A DNA stretch of 64,000 nt from a virus. Positions 19,476 to 29,400 of this stretch are shown here, piece after piece. Both the position numbers and the translations under genes were made by a program. The stretch lies in IMG/VR virus record IMGVR_UViG_3300028374_000796; one strand, written 5' to 3'. How positions within the stretch are numbered: position 1 is the stretch's first letter; each line of letters starts with the position of its first letter. The notes under the pieces are model-generated. The model was not told where the DNA came from and did not search any database. It saw only the letters and a list, made by a program, of their open reading frames with translations.

Positions 19476-20555
19476 TTAATTATACTCAGTTGCTTCGCCA
19501 CCACGTACCAGATAAGATTCTGATACGTTTTTCAAAATTACACGTCCCAGTCGCGGGTGCTGGCGTTCCTTGATAGGTTTAATTACTACACCTTCACGGA
19601 TATGAAGTTCATCCCCTGTAACTTGTTCTTGACCATCAGTGATATCCTCCAATACTTCTTCGGAGAAGGGACCTCTATAGAGAACAGGAACTCCAGGAAT
19701 ATCATACGTTTCCAGAAAAGCGTCTAAGTCTTCTACGTTCAAATAATGACCATCGCTTTCGTATCCAATATGAACATCGAAAACTGCAAGCCCGATCTCA
19801 GAGGAGTTTCCGCCGTATGAGAGGTCCTGGATACCATAAACTTCGCCAAGAATAAAGACCGGTTTTCCGTAGAACTCTACAGCTTGTTCTAATTTCTTGG
19901 GAAGACCCTGCTGTCGGGCAGCTTTCAGATACAGGTTATCTTTGTTTGCAGTAGAGTTAGGCTTGAATACCAGACCTTTAGAACCTAATCCTTTAGAGGC
20001 GACCACTAGGGGACCATACTCGGGATCCTGATCTTCTTCAAGAAGAAAACCTGCTTGAAAATTTGTACCGTGAATTTTTTCTGTAATACAAACTTCTTCT
20101 CCGTCTTCCAGTACCTCTGGAAACCGTTTGATATTTTCAAGATCGTATTTCATGGTTTTGGCAGGTCCCAAGGCATATACCTCACCACCCATATCCAAAG
20201 GAATCTTCGGGACGTATTTTTCGATTCCCAGTTCTTCGGCCACATCCTGACCTTCCTCCCATTCGGATCTGGCTGGGTAGCAAAGTCCCTGTGAAAGAAC
20301 ACCACGTAATCGAGCAGCCTTAACTCTATTGCCCTTAGATCCAGCTAATTTCCCTTCCAAACCCATTTCTTTCAAAATAGGATTAGGGACAATAGATCCT
20401 TCTGGAAAATAGGCAACAAGATCCCCATCCTTGAATTGGTCTTTTCCGACAATAGACTTGAAATTGGTACCAACGATTTGAGCAATTTCAAGTCGGTCAG
20501 CATTGGGATGATTTTCAATACGAACTTTAACTACTTCTACTACAAATTCTGCCAT
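19476..20555 (-). CDS. RNA ligase (Rnl2/DRB0094-like) with N-terminal OB domain
   Basis: HPNADRLEIA N-terminus; motif I TEKIHGTN; GEVYG, AVFDV, REGVVIKP, ILKNVS. Confidence 0.9.
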   Translation of the reverse strand: MAEFVVEVVKVRIENHPNADRLEIAQIVGTNFKSIVGKDQFKDGDLVAYFPEGSIVPNPILKEMGLEGKLAGSKGNRVKAARLRGVLSQGLCYPARSEWEEGQDVAEELGIEKYVPKIPLDMGGEVYALGPAKTMKYDLENIKRFPEVLEDGEEVCITEKIHGTNFQAGFLLEEDQDPEYGPLVVASKGLGSKGLVFKPNSTANKDNLYLKAARQQGLPKKLEQAVEFYGKPVFILGEVYGIQDLSYGGNSSEIGLAVFDVHIGYESDGHYLNVEDLDAFLETYDIPGVPVLYRGPFSEEVLEDITDGQEQVTGDELHIREGVVIKPIKERQHPRLGRVILKNVSESYLVRGGEATEYN

Positions 20556-20575
20556 TTTACTACCTACTATTATCT

Positions 20576-21226
20576 TTATGTCAATAAGTTATTCAAATCT
20601 CCACTCATCTCCCTAAGGAACTCTTTTGCTCCGATGACCGCCTCTTTTTCATTTTTATAAGAATTACTAGTTTCTAAGGCATACGTAGGGAAACTTATAG
20701 AAAGGACCACTTCATCCTTCCTCCTCTTAAATCGAATTTGAGGCATCAAGGTAGAAGACCTTACATCATATTGTCCAGAATTACCAGAGGAAAAATTAAA
20801 TCTAGCAGGATCCATTTTTCCATTCCACAGAGCCAGCCTAAGATTTTGGATCTCCGTACCGTTTTTAAGGTCTTTATCATGGCTTCCATCTTCTCTCATG
20901 ACTAAGGTAGCTTCTCTAGGATATATAATAGTACGGTTACTATCCTTGGGATCTCTAGCAGATAAAAGACCCTTTATCCATTCACCACTTACCACAAGTA
21001 AGGTTCCTTTGGATAAATTTTTTGTCTTTTTCACTAAGCAAACGATATCATTCCTCTTGGGATCCTTAGAACCGTCTGCATACAAAAGATCATCTCCTTC
21101 TGGAACATAACTATACCAAGTAGGATGTCCAAAAAAGATTTTATGACATTGAGTACAGATAGTCTCCATTGGTGAGCACCAACCATAAGAACAGCGGATA
21201 CATCTATGGTGATAAGGATTTGTCAT
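20576..21226 (-). CDS. Hypothetical protein with N-terminal CxxC...CxxC
   Basis: 216-aa ORF; CIRC, CTQC. Confidence 0.7.
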   Translation of the reverse strand: MTNPYHHRCIRCSYGWCSPMETICTQCHKIFFGHPTWYSYVPEGDDLLYADGSKDPKRNDIVCLVKKTKNLSKGTLLVVSGEWIKGLLSARDPKDSNRTIIYPREATLVMREDGSHDKDLKNGTEIQNLRLALWNGKMDPARFNFSSGNSGQYDVRSSTLMPQIRFKRRKDEVVLSISFPTYALETSNSYKNEKEAVIGAKEFLREMSGDLNNLLT

Positions 21227-21441
21227 AGGTTGCGATCCCTTCGTTGGACCTCTTTTACCACACTATCCTCAGGTAATCGATCTGCCATGACTCTGGGGCA
21301 TGAGATATATTCAGGAGGGTCATCGCTATATCGTGCGATCAAAGAACTATGACACGAATAGAGGTCATAAGTTAGGCCTCCGTGTTCATACTCACCAAGG
21401 AAAGTACATTTATCACAATCATGTTCGTAATTCTTTTTCAT
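21223..21441 (-). CDS. Small hypothetical phage protein
   Basis: HDCDKC..LG..DLYSC..IARYSDD pattern; overlaps its neighbours. Confidence 0.7.
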   Translation of the reverse strand: MKKNYEHDCDKCTFLGEYEHGGLTYDLYSCHSSLIARYSDDPPEYISCPRVMADRLPEDSVVKEVQRRDRNL

Positions 21442-23400
21442 TCAACTTTTCTCCATCATAGCAAAAAGCTCATCTTCTCCAATGATGGGAGTCTCATACT
21501 TATGAGCTTTTTTAGCCTTGGATGAAGTAGAAGTCTTATCATTACATACTAAATAGGTCAAGCTCTGTGAGACACTTTTCTTCACATCCCCACCATTATC
21601 CTTGATCATCTTCTCGATGACCTTACGAGGCTTGTCCAGCTTTCCAGTAATACAAAAAGACATACCTTTCAAAGGACCTGCATTGGAAACGATGCTCACA
21701 TAGTTTAGCAAATCTTCAATCATGTCTTCCCGATCTTTTAATCCTTGAACCAGTGAAGAGGCTTTCCCTTCCCCAACTCCTCGGGCGGCAGAAATTTGAA
21801 GTACCGAAGAAGTTCGGATTTGGTCCAATGTATCCTGACCCGATTTCATGACCTTCTTAATGGTACTATTTGAACAGATTGGAATATTGAGTCCTCCCAA
21901 AAACTGATCCAAAGTGACCTCAGTTCTGGAATGCAAAAGGTCCAATAGCTTATTGGCAGTTTTCAACCCTACAATAGCTCCTCCCGTATTTTGAAGATTA
22001 GCAATGTCATCAGGATCTAATCGGTAGAGATCTGCAATCGTAGTAACCAAACCTTCTTCTACCAGAGCGTTTAAGACGAACTCTCCCCAGTCCAAAAGGT
22101 CAAGGGAAGCTACCCATGCCTTTAGAGTGCCGGATACCCTAGAAGGGCATTCAGGAGACTCACATGCGAGATATTTACCGTCTACTACCAACGTAGAAGA
22201 ACAGGACGGACAGTGTGTAGGGATATCAAGGATCCCTTCCGAATTTTTCTTAATGACTTCTTGAACTCTGGGGATCACGTCATTAGCCCTTTTTACCAGA
22301 ATATCATCTCCAATATTCAACCCTAATTGTTGGATATAAGAAACATTGTACAAAGAAGCTCTTTGCACTTCAGCGCCTACCAACGTTACCAGGTCAAAAA
22401 CAGCGACAGGGGTTACTCTTCCCGTATTACCCACTTGCCAGATTACTTCTTGGAGAGTAGATGGTGCCACTTCTGCGCTAAATTTAAGAGCGACAGATCC
22501 GTGTGGACGTCGGTTTCGATCCCCTGCCCGATTAAAAACCTTTTGGTCGTGATATCGAATGACCAGACCATCAATTTCATAGAACAATTCATCCCTGTGA
22601 TGGTCTTCATAGGCGACATAGACCTCTCCAATTTCTTCCATAGACAAAGGACCTCCATGTCCTGGAGTCATTAGATCACAAGAATCAATGAAGATAAACT
22701 TTTCGGTTTGATCTTCAAAGTTGTAACCGTCAATGAAAGCTTCGTAGACATAGACCGAAAGATATTCGCACCTTTTTGCTTTTTCACGAGACTCTACTCT
22801 GGCCAGACCTGATGCAGCATTTCGGGGATTAGAATAATCTTCAAAATGAACATCAAACCAGTCGTGCGTTAGGACGATCTCTCCCCGAAAAGTGCCGGTA
22901 ATGGGTTTAGACTGTGGATTAGGGGGTTCAATATGACGGGGAACTCCACGCATCAAAACTACGTTGGCTATGATATCTTCTCCAAGGTGGCCGTCTCCCC
23001 TAGTAACCGCAGAAACCAATTTACCTTTTTCATATTGAAGAGCAATAGAAATTCCATCCATTTTCTCGGACCAGAAAAGGACTTTTTCTTCGGAAAGATC
23101 TGAGGCTTGTGATCTTAGAGCAGGGCCGCTCGATTCCAACCATTTGCTCATATCCTCTAGTGAGTTAGCCTTGTTTAGCGAACCCATAGGAATAACATGA
23201 GGAACTTTTTTCCACTTGGTCTTAGTGTCTGCTTGCGCTCCGACATTAGCGAGGATTGAGGAATCGGGATGAAGGTCTCGGAGTTCATCTTCTAGAGCAT
23301 CGAAAGCTTGGTCACTGATCTCAGGATCATCGTTATAGTACGCTTCTCGATGGTACTCAATCAGTTGCTCTAGCTCTTCAATTCTATTTTGATCACTCAT
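21442..23400 (-). CDS. ligA: NAD+-dependent DNA ligase
   Basis: YYNDDPEISDQAFD, EKMDG, TRGDG, RGE, NPRNAASG, IDGLV, VALKF, zinc finger CPSC...C...C, HhH, BRCT (FCITG). Confidence 0.95.
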   Translation of the reverse strand: MSDQNRIEELEQLIEYHREAYYNDDPEISDQAFDALEDELRDLHPDSSILANVGAQADTKTKWKKVPHVIPMGSLNKANSLEDMSKWLESSGPALRSQASDLSEEKVLFWSEKMDGISIALQYEKGKLVSAVTRGDGHLGEDIIANVVLMRGVPRHIEPPNPQSKPITGTFRGEIVLTHDWFDVHFEDYSNPRNAASGLARVESREKAKRCEYLSVYVYEAFIDGYNFEDQTEKFIFIDSCDLMTPGHGGPLSMEEIGEVYVAYEDHHRDELFYEIDGLVIRYHDQKVFNRAGDRNRRPHGSVALKFSAEVAPSTLQEVIWQVGNTGRVTPVAVFDLVTLVGAEVQRASLYNVSYIQQLGLNIGDDILVKRANDVIPRVQEVIKKNSEGILDIPTHCPSCSSTLVVDGKYLACESPECPSRVSGTLKAWVASLDLLDWGEFVLNALVEEGLVTTIADLYRLDPDDIANLQNTGGAIVGLKTANKLLDLLHSRTEVTLDQFLGGLNIPICSNSTIKKVMKSGQDTLDQIRTSSVLQISAARGVGEGKASSLVQGLKDREDMIEDLLNYVSIVSNAGPLKGMSFCITGKLDKPRKVIEKMIKDNGGDVKKSVSQSLTYLVCNDKTSTSSKAKKAHKYETPIIGEDELFAMMEKS

Positions 23401-23440
23401 TATAGATTTTTCCTTTATTTTGAATTCAATTATACCTGTG

Positions 23441-23472
23441 CCCTATATACCCTGGTTCTAGGAAAATTACAA
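23441..23472 (-). promoter_or_regulatory. Sigma70-like promoter, CCAGGG-TATATA family copy A
   Basis: TTGTAA-17 nt-TATATA with spacer ending CCAGGG; 40 nt upstream of ligA. Confidence 0.75.
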
Positions 23473-23541
23473 GCTCCAAATAAAAAACCGCCCCTCATCC
23501 CTAAGGATGGAAGCGGCTTAGTAGGTATAGACTCGAAAACT

Positions 23542-23946
23542 TTAGATGCGAGACTGTTCTTTATACAGTTCAATCATATCCACGATCTTACCTGCTGCGA
23601 ACGTCTCACCAGTACGGGAGGGATCATTCACACTTCGGGGTCCGGTTCCGGAAATCTGTACGATCACGGTGCCTTCGTCGAACCGGACAGAATATTTCAT
23701 CTGACGAGGATCGAAAGATACCTCAGTGTCCTGACCGCGATAAGATACTATATAATGATGTCTTCCGACCTTTTTAACGGATCTCATAGCCTCTTGTTTC
23801 TTTTCCTCACGATATTTGATATAAGCGGGATCCCAGTCTTCTTCTGAAGCGTTAACTTCGACCGCTGCAATAATTTTTTGGAGATGAGGTCTAAGTTCAG
23901 GGGTATCAGAACCCAAACGAATAAGTTGGTTTTTCAAGTTTGACAT
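23542..23946 (-). CDS. Hypothetical protein with shared N-terminal leader
   Basis: Begins MSNLKNQLIRLGSDTPELRPHL. Confidence 0.8.
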   Translation of the reverse strand: MSNLKNQLIRLGSDTPELRPHLQKIIAAVEVNASEEDWDPAYIKYREEKKQEAMRSVKKVGRHHYIVSYRGQDTEVSFDPRQMKYSVRFDEGTVIVQISGTGPRSVNDPSRTGETFAAGKIVDMIELYKEQSRI

Positions 23947-23995
23947 AGGAAGCGTCCTTTGGTTAAGTATAAAGTAGTACTACATAAAAGCTAAA

Positions 23996-25456
23996 TTACA
24001 GGTTCAATAGATCCATTATTTCATCCACCCTATTAGAAGTTTCAGGATCTTCATCGTCATTAGAATCATCGTCTAACATTTGATCGAAAGTGTCCTTGAT
24101 TTCTTCTTCTTTTTGATGCGCATCAAATTCCTTCTGGAAGTCATCAAACCACTCATCTTTCTCCATAGGTTCCTGAGGAACATCGACCACTTTGTGGCCA
24201 TCTCTAACTTCTTTATAGAAAATATACTTGACAGGAACCTTGCGTATTCTTAACTCTCTCGCAATGGCTAACCTGTGGTTTCCTTCTCCAACTTTCGCGT
24301 ATCCGTTCTTTCCGAAAATAACAATAACGGGCTGTTGATCTTTTCTCCATCCGTTCTTAGCCATATCTTCTTTGATGGCATCCCATTTCTGAGGTCCCGG
24401 CAGGTCTACGTCTTTTCCGTCAACGAGCGCCCACCCTGCTCTTGCTGTGGATCGGGTCCAAGTATACTCTCGTAACTGCCAAAGCTCTCTGGGGGAATGA
24501 TAGGCATGGATATGAGCATCATAGGTTTGATCAGATTCTAATGCCCATCTCTCCGCAACTTCCTCCAGTGAAAGATTCTCTTTGCGTGGATCATAATAGT
24601 CGTTACGGGCTACAATAACCCTTTCAGCTATTCTGGTAGCCATAAAATGTTGGGAAGCAATCCTAGAAGCTACAGATTTCTTATTTAGAGTTCCCATAGG
24701 CTTTCCTTCCTTTATATAATGCTCTTCAAACCCAGGAACAAGATACTGATTCCGTAAAGTTGCATCTTCATGGCCTAACTCTTTGCAAACCTCTTCAAGG
24801 GCTTTTTTGAACTCTTGTTCTAGAAGTTCTTTTTTCTCTTTTTTATCAGAAGGAAGATTTGGACCCTTTTTTCGCACTTCTTTAAGAGCCTCCCGCATTA
24901 GATCGTTCGCATGATATCCTCGAATATCCTTGGCAGTGATATCAAATTCTTCCAAATAGTTGTTTACGTCGGCAGCGCGAATACAAAGAGAATCGTCTTC
25001 GTCTCCCTCACATTCAAATATAGAGTCATCTTTGGACAGATTTTTTAAACGTTCTTTCAGTACCTTAACTAGCTGTTTATCATTAACAGTTTTGTCCTGT
25101 TTGACCCCTGATTTTCCTACATATTTAATCTTGGCTTTACCCTTGGAAAAAGTAACATGCTTCTTTCTCCAGGTCGTTGTTCCAAAATGACCATGATCAT
25201 CTGCGCTATCTAAATTACCCACCCTAGAGTAGGTTTCATCCATGAGTCCTACTGCCAGTGCTTTCATTCGCACCTTCCAGTCATCTGACTTCAGGTCTTC
25301 TTTTACCTTCTTTCGGATCTTGGAAATAGATGAATCAAGTTTTTCCACTTGATCTGCTTTTGCCTTATTACGTTCTTTGATCTGGTAATTTGAATACTCA
25401 TAAACAGTATCCCCACTTTCAGTGGTCTTTTTAGATTTGTATTGGGTCTTTGGCAT
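23996..25456 (-). CDS. Type IB DNA topoisomerase fused to a ParB/Srx-like domain
   Basis: RVGN, YVGKSG, KDIRGYHAN, LGH...LRNQY catalytic set; C-terminal PVIV...GEGNHRL. Start placed at MPKTQY. Confidence 0.85.
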   Translation of the reverse strand: MPKTQYKSKKTTESGDTVYEYSNYQIKERNKAKADQVEKLDSSISKIRKKVKEDLKSDDWKVRMKALAVGLMDETYSRVGNLDSADDHGHFGTTTWRKKHVTFSKGKAKIKYVGKSGVKQDKTVNDKQLVKVLKERLKNLSKDDSIFECEGDEDDSLCIRAADVNNYLEEFDITAKDIRGYHANDLMREALKEVRKKGPNLPSDKKEKKELLEQEFKKALEEVCKELGHEDATLRNQYLVPGFEEHYIKEGKPMGTLNKKSVASRIASQHFMATRIAERVIVARNDYYDPRKENLSLEEVAERWALESDQTYDAHIHAYHSPRELWQLREYTWTRSTARAGWALVDGKDVDLPGPQKWDAIKEDMAKNGWRKDQQPVIVIFGKNGYAKVGEGNHRLAIARELRIRKVPVKYIFYKEVRDGHKVVDVPQEPMEKDEWFDDFQKEFDAHQKEEEIKDTFDQMLDDDSNDDEDPETSNRVDEIMDLLNL

Positions 25457-25463
25457 AATAAAT

Positions 25464-25670
25464 TTACTGGTTGCGGAGTATATCTGCCAAGGCATCTAGC
25501 TCTTTTAATCCAACAACGGTACAACGGACCTCTTTATCGAGATACTGGGCTAGGACCTCTTCTAAGTCTACCAGGGTTCCGTCTACCTGTTCGATTTGAT
25601 AAGGGCCATCTTCTTCTTTTCGGAGATAGCCTTCTAATAGATGTCCTAATGATGAGGGAAACTGACTCAT
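25464..25670 (-). CDS. Small hypothetical protein
   Basis: 68 aa with AAGGA RBS. Confidence 0.6.
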   Translation of the reverse strand: MSQFPSSLGHLLEGYLRKEEDGPYQIEQVDGTLVDLEEVLAQYLDKEVRCTVVGLKELDALADILRNQ

Positions 25671-25697
25671 AAAAATTCCTTTACTTGTAGTATCTAA

Positions 25698-26093
25698 TTA
25701 GTTGTAAACTTCAATGCTAGGCAGCTGAATAGCCATTTTAGCTGTATCTCCCCTTTCAATTAAGGTAACAACATCTTTCCAGGCGGAGTCTTCGATCTTC
25801 ATGTTCGCAGCTTTTTCAATTTCCGAACGAAGACCTGAAAGCCCTTTAGTTGTGATAGTAGTTTCCGAGCTATTATGTGTAATTCTCCATTCCGCATCTT
25901 TAGGAATAGGATCCCCAATTCGATGATCTCGATTCATGGGACCTCCAATCCAAATATGTATTTGGTTTTGTGAATTTACTCTTAAAGGTTTAAGAGCAGT
26001 CTTCTCCAGTGTAGCTAGAACAGGACGGAGGTGATATCTCAACTCAGGGTTAGTTGATCCTAGTTTAATAAGTTGTTCTTTTAGATTAGTCAT
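25698..26093 (-). CDS. Hypothetical protein with shared N-terminal leader
   Basis: From the second Met: MTNLKEQLIKLGSTNPELRYHLRPVLATLEKTA; GAGG RBS upstream of 26093. Confidence 0.8.
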   Translation of the reverse strand: MTNLKEQLIKLGSTNPELRYHLRPVLATLEKTALKPLRVNSQNQIHIWIGGPMNRDHRIGDPIPKDAEWRITHNSSETTITTKGLSGLRSEIEKAANMKIEDSAWKDVVTLIERGDTAKMAIQLPSIEVYN

Positions 26094-26161
26094 TTTAGCC
26101 TCTTTTTTAGGCACAAAAAGGAAAGGAACAGTATTTCTACTGTCCCTTTAATATTAATTCT

Positions 26162-26356
26162 TTATTCAGCATCTTCCGCTGGTAGCTCAGGTGCTTCAAC
26201 AACAACTTCTTCTTCGCTATCAAGAAGCTCCTCAACTTTTTCAAAGGCTGCATCAAAAGCGCCAAGGAAGTAGGAAGCTCCCATAACAACTGCTACGACG
26301 ATAGAGGCTAGAAGTTTACGAGATTTGATTTCCTGTACTATTTTACTGAGATTCAT
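26162..26356 (-). CDS. Small single-TM membrane protein
   Basis: KSRK followed by hydrophobic LLASIVVAVVMGASYFLGAF and an acidic tail; GGAG RBS. Confidence 0.65.
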   Translation of the reverse strand: MNLSKIVQEIKSRKLLASIVVAVVMGASYFLGAFDAAFEKVEELLDSEEEVVVEAPELPAEDAE

Positions 26357-26423
26357 AATATCTCCATAAGAGAAAAGGGAAGTGGTAATACTATCCCTCC
26401 CTCATTATGAAAAGAATATCAAA

Positions 26424-29400
26424 TTAGCCACAAGAGCCATTTCCACAATCTAGGCATTTGTCGCAGCCTCCCTCGTAAATCAGATTCGGAGAGCCACATG
26501 CCTCACACTCTTTTCCAACCACTACCGTACCGTCCTCGATGTGAGACGTAAGAAACTTACGGGCGGCAGTGAGGGTAGAGGCGATATAATCGCCTTCGAT
26601 GTCTGTGAGTGCATGTACGACGGACACAATACCAATATTATGCCTGAGAGCCATACCAATCATCTTACAGAGACGAACATGATGGAGATCGTCTTTGATC
26701 TTTTCCAACTGTTCATATACCAGATCAAAGTCAACCCCTTTTCCAATAAGGAGCTTGGTTACACTTTTAACAGCTCTATTTAGAGAAACATATTCTCCAT
26801 CTGCCATGTCATTTGTATGAACCCAAAAAGCAATTGGAAACTGATCATCATCGGGGAGATAGGAAAGATGAAGATAATATTTATTACCTTCTGCTTTTAC
26901 TTTTACCGTATCGCCGTTACTGAATTTGGGAGGCAATTTAGTATCCCTTACGATAACACCTTCGTCGGTAATCTCAGCGTCTTCGTCCAGTAAGCCCCTC
27001 TCTTTAAGTAATTCAGAGAGTGAACTAGCTGTAGATTTAGAGGTTGGTTCGGATCCCGAAACTGCCAGTACGTTTTCCATGATCCCATCTCTGTAGGTAG
27101 TGAAGCCTACCAACTTGGCTTTCCATGCCTGAACATAGAGATCTTTGAACTCATCAAAGGGATAGTTCTTTGGTAAGTTACAGGTTTTAGATACTGACTG
27201 ATCACAGCTTTCTTGGATAAGAGCTTGGACTTGAACATGCTCATTTACTTTAAGGTCTTGCGCTGTTGACAAATATTCTGCGTCCTGATCGATATCATTG
27301 GGAAAATGTTTTAGGACCCAACTATATCCATAGTCCTGTACTTTCTCTACAAAGCACAGTCCTCGGTTATGAGGTTCATAGTGCCACATCCTTCCGTTAT
27401 ACTCCCCTCTCCATGCGGTAGAATCTCCAACTTCCACTTCTTCAAGGATGTCTTTTACATTGTCCCTTGTCAGACCGTGGGGCCACTTATCTGAAATTAC
27501 AGTTCGATCATATCCGAAAGAGAAGACCGGCTCAATTCCATTTGATACCATATCACAAATAACTGATGAGTTCCCTAGAGGCGGATTCGTCAGTCTTTTA
27601 GCATTCCTGAGACCATATTGACGAACCAATTCTTTGGTGCTGTCCGCTGCGGTACAGTAGTCCTTGAAATAAGGAGTATCCAGATATTTTTCCTCATACA
27701 TTGGGAAAGGACCACGTTCTCTAGCCAAAAGAGCAGATGCTCTAAGGGTTTCATCATCCTTAGCCTGTTGAATTCTACGGACAAATTCATTACCTCCATC
27801 CCCACCATAGCGGATCCCCATCATAAACATGGCAGATCCCAGACCATTCACTCCCATTCCATATTGACGGATGTTTTTAAGTGCCCAATCATATGCAGGA
27901 AGAGGAACCGCGCCGATATCATTCACATTATCTAACATTCGTGCAAAGGTATTAATAGCGTCTCTATAGCCTTCATAATCAAAAGACCTATCATCCCTTA
28001 CAAATCTAGTGAGATTGACTGAGCCTAGCAGACAGACCGTTGTAAACCCGATGAGGTGGTTATCAAAATCTCCCATATAAGGTTCTAGATAGGGGGCTGG
28101 TTTGTATCCTTTATCCAAGTAGGAAGTTCCTGGAATTTCGCCACACCCTCTAGATACAATACCGTGCGTATTCCAGTCATCAGACTTAGGTTCATATAAA
28201 TCGTAAACTGTATCCTTTCCATCTAGTTCAATGGATTCTATTTTCACCTTCCACTTTGTTCCAGTTAACTGCCTACCGCATACAATACTCTCTAACTGAT
28301 CATGTTTATCCGGGTGTGAAATACCTCCGGTAAACCTATAAACAGCCTCAATACAATCATTAGTTAAATGACCTTCATACACATCGTGATTCCGAACAAC
28401 CTCTCTACCATAGATCGACCGAAGATCGCCCGCCTTAGCCACCTCATACAATTTATAATCAGCACCAGAGATCAAGCAAACTTCTCTAAAAAAGTTGTGC
28501 AATTTTTGACTAGTGCTTTTAAAACGGATGGACGGATATCGACTTGAACGATTAACATTACCATCAGAACTAATTAATCCATCTAGAACCCCAGAGAGAA
28601 ACTCTGAGTTACTATTCAACCACCATTCAGGGGGACATTTCTCATGAGAATATTGAAGGTTATCAAGACCTACTTTTTCAAAAAATTCAGAAGCTGCCTT
28701 AGACTGCACCCTCAAGTGCATCGCATTTCCTTCTGCGCTGTGGTCTTCACAAAAAGTCATTCCTGCCTTTTCCAAAGCCCCCGTAAGATAAGAATTATCT
28801 TCGACTGAATTGGCAGACAAAATAAACCTTTTAAGTTCCGACCGACAACCATCCCCCAACCAATATCCCGCTAGAAATCCATCGTTCCTAGTAAGATCTA
28901 TTCTGTTAGTAGTTTTAAACCGATAAGGCTGCTTTCTAACATAATCCCCGACTTTCAAATCCTTTAGGCGGACGGTATTATCCCATTTTTTACGGCAATT
29001 TGAATTCTGCATAACATGGAAAATATGTCCTTCAGTTACACGAAGAGAAGTACCGTCTGAAAACTTCACTAAATACACGGGACAGTCCTCATGTACTTCT
29101 ATTTCCTGAACAGGATCAAAACCTAAAGATGTTTGGATTTTATCTCCAACCTTAACATCTTCAACAGGGACAAGACCTTTCTCCGTAGCAACTAAAGTAC
29201 CTTTAGCAACGCAGGGATTACTTGCAGTAACAGGACCTAGATACACCAGGGGATTTTGACGATTCATATTGTCAAAGAAAAGAACGCCGGGTTCTGCTCG
29301 GTTATAAGTAGACTCCATAATAAGATCGTAGAGTTCTACTGCTTTTACCTGCTTATAGGTCTTTCCTTCAAAATGAAGGTCATACATGGTATCGTTTTCT

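Noticed and set aside
26162-26356. Holin call for the small membrane protein
   Set aside because: It has only one TM segment and no endolysin or spanin nearby; left as a membrane protein.
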